The position numbers and the translations under genes are program-made. Under the pieces are notes generated by a model, which was given only the letters and a program-made list of their open reading frames with translations, was not told the origin of the DNA and made no database searches. DNA of 64,000 nt from an uncultured Pelistega sp. (GTDB lineage: Bacteria; Pseudomonadota; Gammaproteobacteria; Burkholderiales; Burkholderiaceae_B), in the NCBI GenBank assembly GCA_964346715.1, contig CAYFVY010000001.1, positions 7,880-71,879 on the forward strand. Direction: 5' to 3'. Shown piece by piece: positions 17,814 through 29,576 of the stretch; position 1 is the first letter of the stretch; every line of letters starts with the position of its first letter.

Positions 17814-18556
17814 TAGCTATCTTCTCCAAGATACACCGCTCGCACCTGTTCATGTTGCTTAATATGTTGCGCATTACCCGAGGTTAATAAGCGACCATTG
17901 GCGAGTACCGAAATCGTATCAGCCAACTCAAACACAGCCTGCATATCATGTTCAATTAATAAAATCGAACAAAATTTCTTTAAGCTTTTAATGAGCTCAA
18001 TCATACTGGCGCTATCGTCAGGACCAATCCCTGCCAAAGGCTCATCAAGCAAAAGCAATTTCGGCTTAGAAGCCAACGCTAAAGCCACATCTAATTTTCT
18101 CTGTAAGGCATGTGGCAGATTACTGGCCGTGTGCTGCAAGTACGACTCTAAGGATACATGGCTCGCCAACTCAATCGCTTGTGCATATAATTGTCGATCC
18201 TTAGACCGTGGCGTGAAAAAGCGAAAGCTAGAACCACTATGTGCTTGACAGGCTAAGAGAAGATTGTCTAAGACGGTACTCTGTGGAAAGATGCTTGTCA
18301 CTTGAAAGCAACGTGACAAGCCAAGTTTGACACGCTTATTCGCACTCGCATGCGTGATGTCTACCCCATTAAGTATAATCTGCCCATGGTCAAGCTTTAG
18401 TAGACCTGAGAGTAGATTCACTAAGGTTGATTTACCCGCACCATTTGGCCCAATCAAGGCATGAATTTGTGCGTTGCTAATCTCTAGGCTAACATTGTCT
18501 GTCGCCAGTAAACCACCAAAGTGCTTACGTAAGTCTTTCGCTACAAATAAACTCAT
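17813..18556 (-). CDS. livG: Branched-chain amino acid-type ABC transporter ATP-binding protein (LivG-like)
   Basis: It has Walker A (GPNGAGKST) and Walker B (LLLLDEP), and is translationally coupled to its neighbours. Confidence 0.88.
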   Translation of the reverse strand: MSLFVAKDLRKHFGGLLATDNVSLEISNAQIHALIGPNGAGKSTLVNLLSGLLKLDHGQIILNGVDITHASANKRVKLGLSRCFQVTSIFPQSTVLDNLLLACQAHSGSSFRFFTPRSKDRQLYAQAIELASHVSLESYLQHTASNLPHALQRKLDVALALASKPKLLLLDEPLAGIGPDDSASMIELIKSLKKFCSILLIEHDMQAVFELADTISVLANGRLLTSGNAQHIKQHEQVRAVYLGEDS

Positions 18557-19590
18557 AGCGCCCTCTTTTTAAATAAGCCAACAATCCCTTGTGGCGAAAA
18601 GAAGACCAGCACAATTAAGAGCAAACCCATAGGCCAATGCCAAAAATCCGTATATAACTTCAGTACTTCACTTAAACCTAACCAGACTGCTACGCCAATA
18701 ATCGGCCCCCAGCGTGTCGCCATACCACCTAAAATAATCATAATAACTAAGGCGGCAGACTCAGAGAATGACATCATTTGCGGGCTGACATAATTATCAT
18801 TGATGGCCAATAGCGCACCACCCAATCCAGCCACTGCACCAGCTAATACAAAAGCACAGAGATGAATCGCATACACGGGATAGCCAAGCGCAAGCATACG
18901 CGTACTATTTTCACGACTGCCTTTTAAAGCAATACCAAAACGTGCTTTCAACACCAGTTCGTTAAGCACAAATACCAGACATAAGATCGCCACCACAATA
19001 TAGTAAAAGCTATGTTCAAAGCTATCGAACCAGGCACCGAAACTAAAAGGCACATAGATTGCATAGCCGTCTTCGCCACCTAAAAAGCCAAGTGACATGG
19101 TGATGTAGTAGAGCATCTGGGCAAATGCTAAGGTGATCATAATAAAGTAAGCGTCTTTAGTGCGGATACTGATGGAGCCAATTAGCAGCGCAAAAAAAGC
19201 GCTAGCGGCCAAGGCATATACCAACATTAACCAGGCATTCGTCTGCCCTGCATCAAGCGCTATCACCAGCGCATACGCCCCTACCCCCATAAAACCCGCA
19301 TGCCCTAAAGCCACCATACCACCGTAGCCAAGGATAAAGTTCAGACTAATTGCCACCATCATCATAATCATGACACGGCGGACAAAACCAATATAGTAAT
19401 CCCAACCCATCTGCGTGGCGACCCATGGCAAGGCCAAGAGCAAGGCGACCAAGACCAACATTACTAAGCTCTGAGCGAATGCAGAGGAGGATTTGGTAGA
19501 CGTCAACATCTCGGAATCAAGTGACTTACCGAGGAGTGACTTATCGAGGAGGGATTTATGAGTAGCCTTGGTCAAACGGTTCATCATCAT
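18553..19590 (-). CDS. livM: Branched-chain amino acid-type ABC transporter permease (LivM-like)
   Basis: It is a polytopic membrane protein with a family-typical sequence. The N-terminal extension makes the start uncertain. Confidence 0.85.
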   Translation of the reverse strand: MMMNRLTKATHKSLLDKSLLGKSLDSEMLTSTKSSSAFAQSLVMLVLVALLLALPWVATQMGWDYYIGFVRRVMIMMMVAISLNFILGYGGMVALGHAGFMGVGAYALVIALDAGQTNAWLMLVYALAASAFFALLIGSISIRTKDAYFIMITLAFAQMLYYITMSLGFLGGEDGYAIYVPFSFGAWFDSFEHSFYYIVVAILCLVFVLNELVLKARFGIALKGSRENSTRMLALGYPVYAIHLCAFVLAGAVAGLGGALLAINDNYVSPQMMSFSESAALVIMIILGGMATRWGPIIGVAVWLGLSEVLKLYTDFWHWPMGLLLIVLVFFSPQGIVGLFKKRAL

Positions 19591-19592
19591 TC

Positions 19593-20513
19593 CTAAGCTC
19601 TAGCAGGAAATAAACCATTGGGTTTAAACACTAAGATAACCGCCATTAAGATATACATGGAGATACCCGCCAAAGCAGGACCTAAGTCAGCAGCGACCGA
19701 AGCGGGCAAGGTCATTTTTAATAAGGGTGGTAAAAAGGCGCGTCCCGAGGTATCAATCATACCGACTAACAAAGCAGCCACAAGGGCACCACGAATCGAG
19801 CCGATACCACCAATCACAATCACCACTAAGGCAGGAATAATAATCGTATTGCCCATACCGATTTGGACGGCACTTAAGGGACCCATTAAAGCCCCCGCGA
19901 ACGCTGCCAAGGCAGCGCCAATCACAAATACTAGGAAGAAGACTTGCTTAACACGCACGCCCATAAACTCCGCCATCTGACGGTTCGAAGCACCTGCTCG
20001 CACGACCATACCAATGCGCGTATATTTCACCATGAGGTATAGAAGTAAGGCCACGAGTACGCCCATGCCAATCAAGAGCAAGCGATAGGATGAGTAAGGC
20101 AAGGTATTAAATAACATCACTGGACCGCTCAGGGAGGCAGGTGCAGAGGATAATAAAGGTGCGGCCCCCCAGAAGTAACGTACCGCATCGTCAGCAATCA
20201 TCATCAAACCAATACTCGCCAAGACTTGAGCAAGATGACCTGAACGATACATACGCCGCATAACCACGATTTCTAAAACTACGGCACACAGCATGACCAC
20301 AGCAATTGAAGCAATCACCCCTAAGAAGAAATTATTACTCGCTTGCGTCACACTGGCAGCCACATAGGCGCCCCCCATATAGAGAGCGCCATGGGCTAAG
20401 TTTAAGGTATCCATAATGCCGAACACCAGGGTCAAACCAGCTGCTAATAAAAACAACATCAGGCCATAAGCCACGCCATTCAGCAGCTGTTCGGCAATAA
20501 ATACACTATCCAT
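19593..20513 (-). CDS. livH: Branched-chain amino acid-type ABC transporter permease (LivH-like)
   Basis: It is a 306-aa polytopic protein with LivH-like sequence (NLAHGALYMGGAY). Confidence 0.88.
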   Translation of the reverse strand: MDSVFIAEQLLNGVAYGLMLFLLAAGLTLVFGIMDTLNLAHGALYMGGAYVAASVTQASNNFFLGVIASIAVVMLCAVVLEIVVMRRMYRSGHLAQVLASIGLMMIADDAVRYFWGAAPLLSSAPASLSGPVMLFNTLPYSSYRLLLIGMGVLVALLLYLMVKYTRIGMVVRAGASNRQMAEFMGVRVKQVFFLVFVIGAALAAFAGALMGPLSAVQIGMGNTIIIPALVVIVIGGIGSIRGALVAALLVGMIDTSGRAFLPPLLKMTLPASVAADLGPALAGISMYILMAVILVFKPNGLFPARA

Positions 20514-20556
20514 TAATATTCAGCACTATTTTCTATCACACTATTTTGCTGAGCAC

Positions 20557-21717
20557 TTATGGCATCTTGCATTCATTAACGTAAGCGTCTTGGTGTTTTT
20601 GCATAACGGTTTTCACCAATTTATTTGTGATATCGCCATCCGCATTTTTCTCTACCACGCGTAGGTAGTAGTCTTGGATAGGATAATGATTCACGCCGAA
20701 TGTAAACGGACCACGTACTGAATCAAACTCGGCCTTACGTAAAGCCGCAATAACGGCTTCTTTATTACTGACGTCACCCTTGACCTCACGTACTGCGGCA
20801 TCAATTGACATAATCACATCATAAGCTTGCGCTGCGTAAACCGCTGGGTAGCGATTATATTTCTGACGATAATCAGCAACAAATTTCTTATTAGTGGCAT
20901 TATCTAAATCATGTGTCCAGTGCGCTGTATTTTGTAGGCCAACCATCGCCTCACCAACCGCATTAATCACATCTTGGTCAGCTGAGAAACCTGGTGCAAC
21001 TAACTGAACCTTATCCAGACCTGCTGCTTTGAATTGCTTAATAAAGTTAATGCCCATAGCGCCTGGCAAGAAAAAGAACACCGCATCAGGCTCTGCTGAG
21101 CGAATTTGCGCTAGCTCAGCGGCATAGTCTAATTGACCAACACGGGTATAAATCTCTTCAGCCACTTCACCCTTATAAGTACGCTTAAAACCACCTAAGT
21201 GGTCTTTACCTGCAGGGTAGTTAGGGGCGATAATCACCATCTTCTTATAGCCGCTATCATTCGCTACTACACCCGCAGCTTCATCATAGGTGTCATTCTG
21301 GTAGACGCCAAAGAAGTACGGATTGCATTGCGCACCCGCGTATTGGCTAGGGCCAGGGTTGCTTGAAATAAAAGGGACTTTTGCGGTAAATAGAGCCTGC
21401 CCAACAGCAAGCGCTGCATTCGAAGCAATAGGACCGGTAAAAAAGTCGATCTTATCTTGTTTAATAAAACGGTTCACCAATTGTGTGGCTTGTTGTGGAT
21501 TACCAGCAAAGTCCGTTTGAATAAACTCCGCTTCTTGGCCACCGAGCTTGCCACCTAAGGTCTCAATCGCTAGCTCAAAACCCGCACGTGCTTCTTCACC
21601 AAGAGCCGAAAAGGGACCCGAAATGTCCAAAGCAATCCCGACTTTAATAGGAGCAGCCACTGCACTGGTACTCAGGGCACATAAAATACCCACTAGAAGA
21701 CCGTTCTTTTTTAACAT
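20557..21717 (-). CDS. ABC transporter substrate-binding protein, LivK/LivJ (type I periplasmic binding) family
   Basis: It has a signal peptide after the MLKKNG start, which I moved from 21747, and a Leu/Ile/Val-binding-protein-like fold sequence. The substrate has not been established. Confidence 0.82.
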   Translation of the reverse strand: MLKKNGLLVGILCALSTSAVAAPIKVGIALDISGPFSALGEEARAGFELAIETLGGKLGGQEAEFIQTDFAGNPQQATQLVNRFIKQDKIDFFTGPIASNAALAVGQALFTAKVPFISSNPGPSQYAGAQCNPYFFGVYQNDTYDEAAGVVANDSGYKKMVIIAPNYPAGKDHLGGFKRTYKGEVAEEIYTRVGQLDYAAELAQIRSAEPDAVFFFLPGAMGINFIKQFKAAGLDKVQLVAPGFSADQDVINAVGEAMVGLQNTAHWTHDLDNATNKKFVADYRQKYNRYPAVYAAQAYDVIMSIDAAVREVKGDVSNKEAVIAALRKAEFDSVRGPFTFGVNHYPIQDYYLRVVEKNADGDITNKLVKTVMQKHQDAYVNECKMP

Positions 21718-21895
21718 ACGAATCCTTAAATTTATGATAATTAACAATCAATACACACGAATGTAAACATCCGTATGATAATCTAGAAACACTAATTTCT
21801 GCACTAATCGCGGAAAACATCATAGCATTATTTTTTATTCTCCCTATTCCCCCTACCCCTAATACAGGGATTCCCTTAGCTTTTGGATTTCAACT

Positions 21896-22999
21896 ATGCC
21901 TCGTAAATTAGGTAGAACACTGTTTAATACTACTGAACGCCTGCTTAATGTGCAAAAAAACTTTTTAAAAGGTCCATTAAGCCTGTTCCCCTCCAGCTCA
22001 GTGCCGTTTATCTCGGCACCTCAGCGCCCCGACCCTCAAACACGTGGGCGCTGGAAACGTCATGTCTTTATCTCCCCTGCGATTAGTAAACAGGTTTTAT
22101 TAAGTAAATTAGACTATTTCAGCTTTACTCCCTCATTGACGAACACACGACCAAGCACCAACAATATGCCACTAGTCGTCATGCTGCACGGCTGTAGCCA
22201 AAATGCTTATTCTTTTGCCCAAGGTACGCAAATGAATCGTGTCGCCCAAGCCAATGGTTTCGTGGTGGTGTATCCCGAACAAAGTAAGCGTTATCAATTA
22301 AATAGCTGCTGGCGTTGGTTTTTGCCCGATGAGCGTCGTGGCTTAGCGGAAGCCGACACGATTATGGAAATTATTGATACGACTATTTCCATGTATCGAC
22401 TAGATCCAGAAAAAGTCTTTATTGCTGGCCTTTCGGCTGGTGCGGCAATGGCTTCTTTAGTGGCTATGCGTTATCCTGAGCGTTTTTGCGCACTCGCCAT
22501 GCACTCAGGCCCCGTTTTAGGTAAAGCCAATAGCATTGCGACAGGATTGGAAACTATGCAGGCTGAGGAGATTGAAGAGGCAGAGGATCTTATTGAACTT
22601 GTATCAGAGTACACGCCACAGCGCTTGAACTTACCCACCATAATTATTCACGGTGATCAGGATAAGGTTGTGAATAGCAGTAATGCCCAACAACTAGCTA
22701 CTCAATTCTTACATCTGAACGATGTGCCCATTGATACCACGCCGACGCTGAGCCTCCGTTATGCACAAACATCACGTGAGTACACGCATAAAACCTATAG
22801 ATATAAGCGCCAAACAGTTGTTGAATTAGTGGAAATTAAGCACCTAGATCATGCTTGGGCGGGTGGTGATGAGAGCTTACGTTATAACTCTCGCAAAGGC
22901 CCCAATTCCAGTAAATTGATCTGGAATTTCTTTAAGCGCTGCGCACGTCAGTATGATATTCGTAAGATTGAGCAAGAGCCCTTACCGGATATGGATTAA
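21896..22999 (+). CDS. PHB depolymerase family esterase (LpqC-like)
   Basis: It carries VVMLHGCSQ, VVYPEQS..NSCWRWF and the nucleophile elbow GLSAGAAMA. No clear signal peptide is visible. Confidence 0.78.
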   Translation: MPRKLGRTLFNTTERLLNVQKNFLKGPLSLFPSSSVPFISAPQRPDPQTRGRWKRHVFISPAISKQVLLSKLDYFSFTPSLTNTRPSTNNMPLVVMLHGCSQNAYSFAQGTQMNRVAQANGFVVVYPEQSKRYQLNSCWRWFLPDERRGLAEADTIMEIIDTTISMYRLDPEKVFIAGLSAGAAMASLVAMRYPERFCALAMHSGPVLGKANSIATGLETMQAEEIEEAEDLIELVSEYTPQRLNLPTIIIHGDQDKVVNSSNAQQLATQFLHLNDVPIDTTPTLSLRYAQTSREYTHKTYRYKRQTVVELVEIKHLDHAWAGGDESLRYNSRKGPNSSKLIWNFFKRCARQYDIRKIEQEPLPDMD

Positions 23000-23014
23000 A
23001 TCTAGGCGGTGTAC

Positions 23015-23155
23015 TCAACCATGCGTAAAGCCAGTAGACGTCGTCGCTATTGCTTTGCTGGCAGCCACGTTCTGTGATGTATCAGATTTATCACAAGCCA
23101 CTAATACAAAGGCACTCATTAAGGTAATGATTAAGGGATAGACAAAACTACGCAT
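23015..23155 (-). CDS. Possible 46-aa lipoprotein, below the ORF-track size cut-off
   Basis: Hand translation gives MRSFVYPLIITLMSAFVLVAC|DKSDTSQNVAASKAIATTSTGFTHG*, with a signal-peptide-like h-region and the lipobox LVAC. The RBS is weak. Confidence 0.35.
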   Translation of the reverse strand: MRSFVYPLIITLMSAFVLVACDKSDTSQNVAASKAIATTSTGFTHG

Positions 23156-23321
23156 GGGATTTCTTAGCTTTTTAAAAGTCAAAAAAATTACAACTTGTAA
23201 TAAGGAATAGCTTAGTAATTATTTCCCTCTTTGCCTACCTACTTAACAATGCTTTACGCTAAAGAAAAGTTAATTTTTCAGCACTTTTTCTCACTAAAAT
23301 GTAACAAAGCACCTTTTAGCT

Positions 23322-23349
23322 CTTGAAATGCCAAAATTCATCCCTATAA
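23322..23349 (+). promoter_or_regulatory. Sigma32 (RpoH)-type heat-shock promoter of groESL
   Basis: CTTGAAA-N13-CCCTATAAT resembles the sigma32 consensus CTTGAAA / CCCCATNT. Confidence 0.65.
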
Positions 23350-23376
23350 TTAGCACTCAAAGGGGTAGAGTGCTAA
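23350..23376 (+). promoter_or_regulatory. CIRCE operator (HrcA binding site)
   Basis: TTAGCACTC-N9-GAGTGCTAA is a perfect match to the CIRCE consensus and lies immediately downstream of the -10 region. Confidence 0.9.
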
Positions 23377-23438
23377 AGCCTCCCTTAACAATTTAATTAT
23401 ATTAATTGACTTAACCTATTATCAATCAGGAGCTATTC

Positions 23439-23726
23439 ATGTCATTGCGTCCTTTACAAGACCGCGTCATTATCAAACGCTTAGACAATCAACGTACAAC
23501 TGCTTCAGGCATCGTTATTCCTGATAGCGCTACTGAGAAGCCAGATCAAGGCGAAGTTATCGCTGTTGGTCCAGGTAAGAAAACTGAAGACGGCAAAAAC
23601 ATCCCAGTTGACGTAAAAGTTGGCGACAAAGTATTGTTTGGTAAGTACGCTGGCCAAGCCGTTAAAGTGGATGGCGAAGAATTATTAGTGATCCGTGAAG
23701 AAGAAATCTTAGCTGTTGTTGCTTAA
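23439..23726 (+). CDS. groES: Co-chaperonin GroES
   Basis: It is 95 aa, has canonical GroES sequence ([12 protein letters not shown]..) and an AGGAG RBS. Confidence 0.98.
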   Translation: MSLRPLQDRVIIKRLDNQRTTASGIVIPDSATEKPDQGEVIAVGPGKKTEDGKNIPVDVKVGDKVLFGKYAGQAVKVDGEELLVIREEEILAVVA

Positions 23727-23791
23727 TTTTTTATTCATATTCAATCGATAATCAAATTTTAACTTTGCCACTAGGTAAAGTCACAACTTAA

Positions 23792-25447
<1,656 letters not shown>

Positions 25448-25516
25448 GCTTAATTCCTCCTACCCTTCAGTATCAAGCATAGACTTAATTCAGTTTATGC
25501 TTGATATAAAAACAAA

Positions 25517-25547
25517 ATGCGTCTGGATTTTTCTAGGCGCATTTTTT
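25517..25547 (+). terminator. Rho-independent terminator after groEL
   Basis: atgcgtct-N10-aggcgcat is followed by TTTTTT. Confidence 0.7.
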
Positions 25548-25686
25548 GTGCTTATCGATTGCCTCCATTGCAACTCAACCCACCCTATTTTGCACGCTTC
25601 TCCCGTAAACACGGCATCACCACACGACTTAAATTACAATAGAACAACAAATAGCCAAGGCAATATAGACACTTACTATATTGCTT

Positions 25687-26127
25687 ATGCCCATGAGTAA
25701 GCCAAGCATGAACACTCCCAATAAGCCAACTAGCCATCAGCCCCAAGATGCTGCCAACTTTAAAAGCAAGTCTGGCATTAAGCGTATCTTTAAGGCCTGG
25801 CAATATTCTATACAAGGCCTCAAGGCGGCGATTCGCCACGAAGCGGCGTTTCGCCAAGAACTGATGCTCTGTATCGTCTTAGCACCTTTGGCTTTTTTCT
25901 TAGGGCAGACTGGCTTTGAAGTACTTTTTTTGTTATCTACCCTCTTCTTGCTTTTGATTACTGAGTTACTCAACTCGGCCATTGAAGCGGTGGCAGACAA
26001 ACTAAGCCAAGAGTATGACCCCTTAATTGGTCGTGCTAAGGATTTGGGTAGTGCAGCAGTTTTCCTTTGCCTGAGCTTAATCGCTTTGGTATGGATTTAT
26101 TTTTTATTAAAAATAGTGATTGAGTGA
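25687..26127 (+). CDS. dgkA: Diacylglycerol kinase DgkA
   Basis: It is similar to E. coli DgkA (..EAAFRQE.., [21 protein letters not shown]). It has several candidate starts (25681 TTG; 25687, 25693 and 25708 ATG). Confidence 0.88.
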   Translation: MPMSKPSMNTPNKPTSHQPQDAANFKSKSGIKRIFKAWQYSIQGLKAAIRHEAAFRQELMLCIVLAPLAFFLGQTGFEVLFLLSTLFLLLITELLNSAIEAVADKLSQEYDPLIGRAKDLGSAAVFLCLSLIALVWIYFLLKIVIE

Positions 26128-26972
26128 TGTCAGCGACAATGAAGTTTACTGAAAAATTACAAGCGGCTTGGGAAAGCCAAAACTCTTTATTAATGATCGG
26201 TCTTGATCCCGATCTACAACGTTTTCCAGAAGAGATTGCCGATAATAAGAATGCTATCTATGATTTCTGTGTCGGTATTGTAGATGCCACGGCTGAATAT
26301 GCCTGTGGTTTCAAACCACAAATTGCCTACTTCGCCTCACAAGGTGCCGAGTCGCAATTAGCTGATATTTGCCAATATATTCAGCAGAACTATCCCCACT
26401 TACCGATTGTTTTAGATTCTAAGCGCGGTGATATTGGTACGACTGCAGAACACTATGCCCAAGAAGCCTTTCGTCGTTATCGTGCCGATGCGGTGACGGT
26501 GAATCCATATATGGGTTTTGATTCAATTGAGCCCTACTTAGCCTGGGAAGATAAGGGTGTGATTATTCTTTGTCGCACGTCTAACCCAGGTGGCTCTGAT
26601 TTGCAATTCGCTCAACTTGATAGTGGTGAACCTTTATACCTACATGTCGCACGTCTGGTAGCTGAGAAGTGGAATCGCAATGGTCAATGTGCGCTTGTGG
26701 TTGGGGCTACCTTCCCTGAAGAAATCGCCAAGGTCCGCGCTGTCGTTGGTCCAGACATGCCCTTATTGATTCCGGGCATTGGTGCCCAAGGTGGTGATAT
26801 TGATGATACCGTTAGTGCTGGCTGTAATGAGAGCGGCATGGGAATTATGATTAACTCTTCACGCGCAATTCTCTATGCTAGCGCTGGCACAGATTGGCGT
26901 GAAGCTGCTGCACAAACCGCCAAAGCCACACGCGATGCAATTAATCTTGCGCGAAAAGCTTTAAAGCCTTAG
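26124..26972 (+). CDS. pyrF: Orotidine 5'-phosphate decarboxylase (type 2 PyrF)
   Basis: It carries [13 protein letters not shown] and PGIGAQGG motifs. Its start overlaps the dgkA stop. Confidence 0.92.
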   Translation: MMSATMKFTEKLQAAWESQNSLLMIGLDPDLQRFPEEIADNKNAIYDFCVGIVDATAEYACGFKPQIAYFASQGAESQLADICQYIQQNYPHLPIVLDSKRGDIGTTAEHYAQEAFRRYRADAVTVNPYMGFDSIEPYLAWEDKGVIILCRTSNPGGSDLQFAQLDSGEPLYLHVARLVAEKWNRNGQCALVVGATFPEEIAKVRAVVGPDMPLLIPGIGAQGGDIDDTVSAGCNESGMGIMINSSRAILYASAGTDWREAAAQTAKATRDAINLARKALKP

Positions 26973-27450
26973 TCAACGCAAAACTTACCGCACTGGCTCG
27001 CACCTCAGCGCGTGAGCCAGTAAAGTATTCAGTACATGTGCTAGTCTGGATACCATCGCGGGTACGACGTGAAAAGGCAAAACACACCATACCTACTGGC
27101 TTTAAATCTGTACCACCCGTCGGCCCTGCAATCCCTGTTGTACTAATTGAGCAGCATGAATGAATCGCGTGTAGTAAAGTGCCTTCACTCATTTCCTTGG
27201 CGACCTCTTCACTAACTGCACCAAATCGCTCTAAGGTACTATTGAGTACACCCAACATATCAATCTTAGCTTCATTGGTGTAGGTCACAAAACCTCGATC
27301 AAACCATTGACTTGAGCCCGATACACCCGTTACTGCCCCCGCCAAAAGCCCGCCCGTGCATGATTCCGCCGTTGCCAATAACCAGCCACGGTCTAAGATG
27401 AGTTTACCGAGTTCTTGCGTTAAGTCCTCTACTTGTGTCAAATCGACCAT
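26941..27450 (-). CDS. pncC: CinA C-terminal domain / nicotinamide-nucleotide amidohydrolase PncC-like
   Basis: It has ATAESCTGG and GIAGP motifs and is 169 aa. Its 3' end overlaps pyrF by 32 nt. Confidence 0.85.
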   Translation of the reverse strand: MVDLTQVEDLTQELGKLILDRGWLLATAESCTGGLLAGAVTGVSGSSQWFDRGFVTYTNEAKIDMLGVLNSTLERFGAVSEEVAKEMSEGTLLHAIHSCCSISTTGIAGPTGGTDLKPVGMVCFAFSRRTRDGIQTSTCTEYFTGSRAEVRASAVSFALTKALKLFAQD

Positions 27451-27452
27451 CT

Positions 27453-28049
27453 TTATACCTCCACTACTCTGACTAATACAGCGATCACGAAAAGACTGTA
27501 TAAGGCGGCAATAATATCATCCCACATCACACCAAAGCCATTCTTTAAGCGTTCATCAAAGAAGGCAATTGGCCAGGGTTTCATAATATCAAATAAGCGG
27601 AATACGCCAAAAGCAACTGCCTGCCAAATTACGGGCAAGGTTGAGATGACAAACAGAACGAGCCAAAAGGCCACAATTTCATCCCATACGACCCCACCAT
27701 GGTCTGCCGTGCCCATGTCTTGGGCAACTTTTTGGCAAATGAATGAGCCATAAGCATAGGCAGCCACTAGAAATACAGCCATCCACATCTCATGACTAAC
27801 TAAGGCACTCAAGGGAAACCAAAGCAACCAGCCCATTAAAGTGCCCCAAGTACCTGGAGCAGGTTTAATCAGCCCAGAGCCAAAGCCAAACGCCACAATC
27901 CGATGGAAAGACTGCTTCATCCAAGAAAATGTTGGCACGACGGTCGTATCCTTAGTGACAGATACTGAAGGAGGCTCTGAGTCCGATATCACGTTCACAT
28001 CTGCTGTTTTTTCAAGAGGAGAGTTGGGTTCTGCTGAGTTCATAGCCAA
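27453..28049 (-). CDS. pgpA: Phosphatidylglycerophosphatase A
   Basis: It has PgpA-family sequence (GFGSGL..PAPGTWGTL, FRLFDI.KPWPI) with an N-terminal extension. Confidence 0.85.
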   Translation of the reverse strand: MAMNSAEPNSPLEKTADVNVISDSEPPSVSVTKDTTVVPTFSWMKQSFHRIVAFGFGSGLIKPAPGTWGTLMGWLLWFPLSALVSHEMWMAVFLVAAYAYGSFICQKVAQDMGTADHGGVVWDEIVAFWLVLFVISTLPVIWQAVAFGVFRLFDIMKPWPIAFFDERLKNGFGVMWDDIIAALYSLFVIAVLVRVVEV

Positions 28050-28075
28050 TTGATTAATTCGATAATAGGTAGATA

Positions 28076-29089
28076 TTAACTGAAATGATCGAAGCCAGCG
28101 TCAAAAATTTCAACTGGCTGGCCAAATCGGTCCTGAACCTGCAGCAACTGTGCTTGAGTTTCTGGCGCCACAATACGCCCTACGCAGCTTAGAGGGATTT
28201 TCAGTTCAGCACTAATCGCTTGTAGACGTGAACGCTGTGAGACAGGTGCTGTAAAACACAGCTCATAAACATCTCCGCCACCTAATACCGCTGATCGTCG
28301 TTGGTCTTGCTCAAGCCCTCGAGCAGCTTCGGCCACGGGCAGTTTATCTTCTTCAAGTATGGCGGCAACTTGGCTTTGCTTAAGAATATGGCTCAGATCT
28401 TGAACTAAGCCATCAGAAATATCGAGCATGGCATGTGCCACCTGATAAAGTGCTTGACCTAAGGCAATACGTGGCGTTGGGCGCTCCAAGGCCATACGTG
28501 TTAATGCCAAACATTGTTCTTGCTCAGGGTTGAGTGATTCTCCTGCCTTAAGTTTACTGAGTAAGCCTAAGGCAATATGCGCCTCACCCAAAGTACCACT
28601 TACCCAGATATCATCACCAACTTGAGCTTTATTTCTTTGTAAAAAAGGCGCTCGCACTTCACCAAATACCGTAATACTCAAGCAGATTCCCTGCTCACTA
28701 CGTGTGGTATCACCGCCAATTAAGGGGCATGCATAGGCATCCGCCAGATCATAAAATCCCTGAGAAAATGCACTCAACCACTCGGCATCTACTTGCGGTA
28801 AGGCTAGGCCCAATAAACAGCCAATAGGCTTAGCCCCCATCGCCGCTAAATCCGACAAATTGACAGCAAGCGCCTTATGACCTAATGAATAAGGGTCAAC
28901 ATCCGCAAAGAAATGTCGACCCTCAATTAATAAGTCAGTACTCGTCGCAATCTGGCTGCCTGGTGTTTGTTCAAAAATAGCACAATCATCGGCTACTCCT
29001 AAGAGAACACCAGACTGCTGAAGGATATCTTTTTGTTCACCAGCGGTGCGTGAAAAGTACCGCTTGATGAGATCAAATTCACCCGCCAT
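28076..29089 (-). CDS. thiL: Thiamine-monophosphate kinase
   Basis: It has the AIR-synthase-like fold motif GEFDLI..F, DD.A.. and GGD, and sits in the conserved thiL-pgpA order. Confidence 0.9.
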   Translation of the reverse strand: MAGEFDLIKRYFSRTAGEQKDILQQSGVLLGVADDCAIFEQTPGSQIATSTDLLIEGRHFFADVDPYSLGHKALAVNLSDLAAMGAKPIGCLLGLALPQVDAEWLSAFSQGFYDLADAYACPLIGGDTTRSEQGICLSITVFGEVRAPFLQRNKAQVGDDIWVSGTLGEAHIALGLLSKLKAGESLNPEQEQCLALTRMALERPTPRIALGQALYQVAHAMLDISDGLVQDLSHILKQSQVAAILEEDKLPVAEAARGLEQDQRRSAVLGGGDVYELCFTAPVSQRSRLQAISAELKIPLSCVGRIVAPETQAQLLQVQDRFGQPVEIFDAGFDHFS

Positions 29090-29108
29090 AAGGCTGACCT
29101 CTTGAATC

Positions 29109-29564
29109 TTAGCTTTCTGGATTGAGTTCTAGAGGACGTACCTCAGCGGCAACTTTATCCAACACGCCGTTAACAAACTTAAAGCCATCAACCCCACCAA
29201 ATTCCTTAGCCAGCTCAACCGCTTCGTTAATAGCGACACGATAAGGAACATCCAGTGAGTGCACCAACTCATAGGTGCCTAATAATAAGACACCGTGTTC
29301 AATCGGTGACAATTCATTCACATTACGGTCTAAGAAAGGCTGGAAGCGCTCGAGCAAACTTTCGTGCTGCTCGAACACCCCATAAAGTAAAGTTTTATAC
29401 CAAGTAATATCGGCCTGCTCAAAATCGGCTTTCGCTTCATTCTGAACATGCGCATCAATTGCGCCCACTTCTTGTGGGCTAAAACCACTAATAATCCATG
29501 CATAGACGCCTTGCAATGCGTATTCACGCGCCTGACGTCTTGCACTCTTTTTTTGTTTTGCCAC
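29109..29564 (-). CDS. nusB: Transcription antitermination factor NusB
   Basis: It begins [14 protein letters not shown], is about 150 aa, and follows the conserved ribH-nusB order. Confidence 0.93.
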   Translation of the reverse strand: MAKQKKSARRQAREYALQGVYAWIISGFSPQEVGAIDAHVQNEAKADFEQADITWYKTLLYGVFEQHESLLERFQPFLDRNVNELSPIEHGVLLLGTYELVHSLDVPYRVAINEAVELAKEFGGVDGFKFVNGVLDKVAAEVRPLELNPES

Positions 29565-29576
29565 TATATATCCTAA

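Noticed and set aside
22953-23141. A 62-aa plus-strand ORF overlapping the end of the esterase gene.
   Set aside because: It overlaps the esterase gene by 47 nt and has no recognisable features. The opposite strand carries a more plausible small lipoprotein ORF.
26098-26226. When hand-translating across T runs near 26098-26105 and 26220-26226, I obtained an apparent frame discrepancy in the dgkA end and the pyrF start.
   Set aside because: The computed ORF track gives uninterrupted dgkA and pyrF ORFs with sensible protein sequences. I attribute the discrepancy to my own miscounting of homopolymer runs, not to a real frameshift. It is also the reason hand-counted motif coordinates are given with a tolerance of 1-2 nt.
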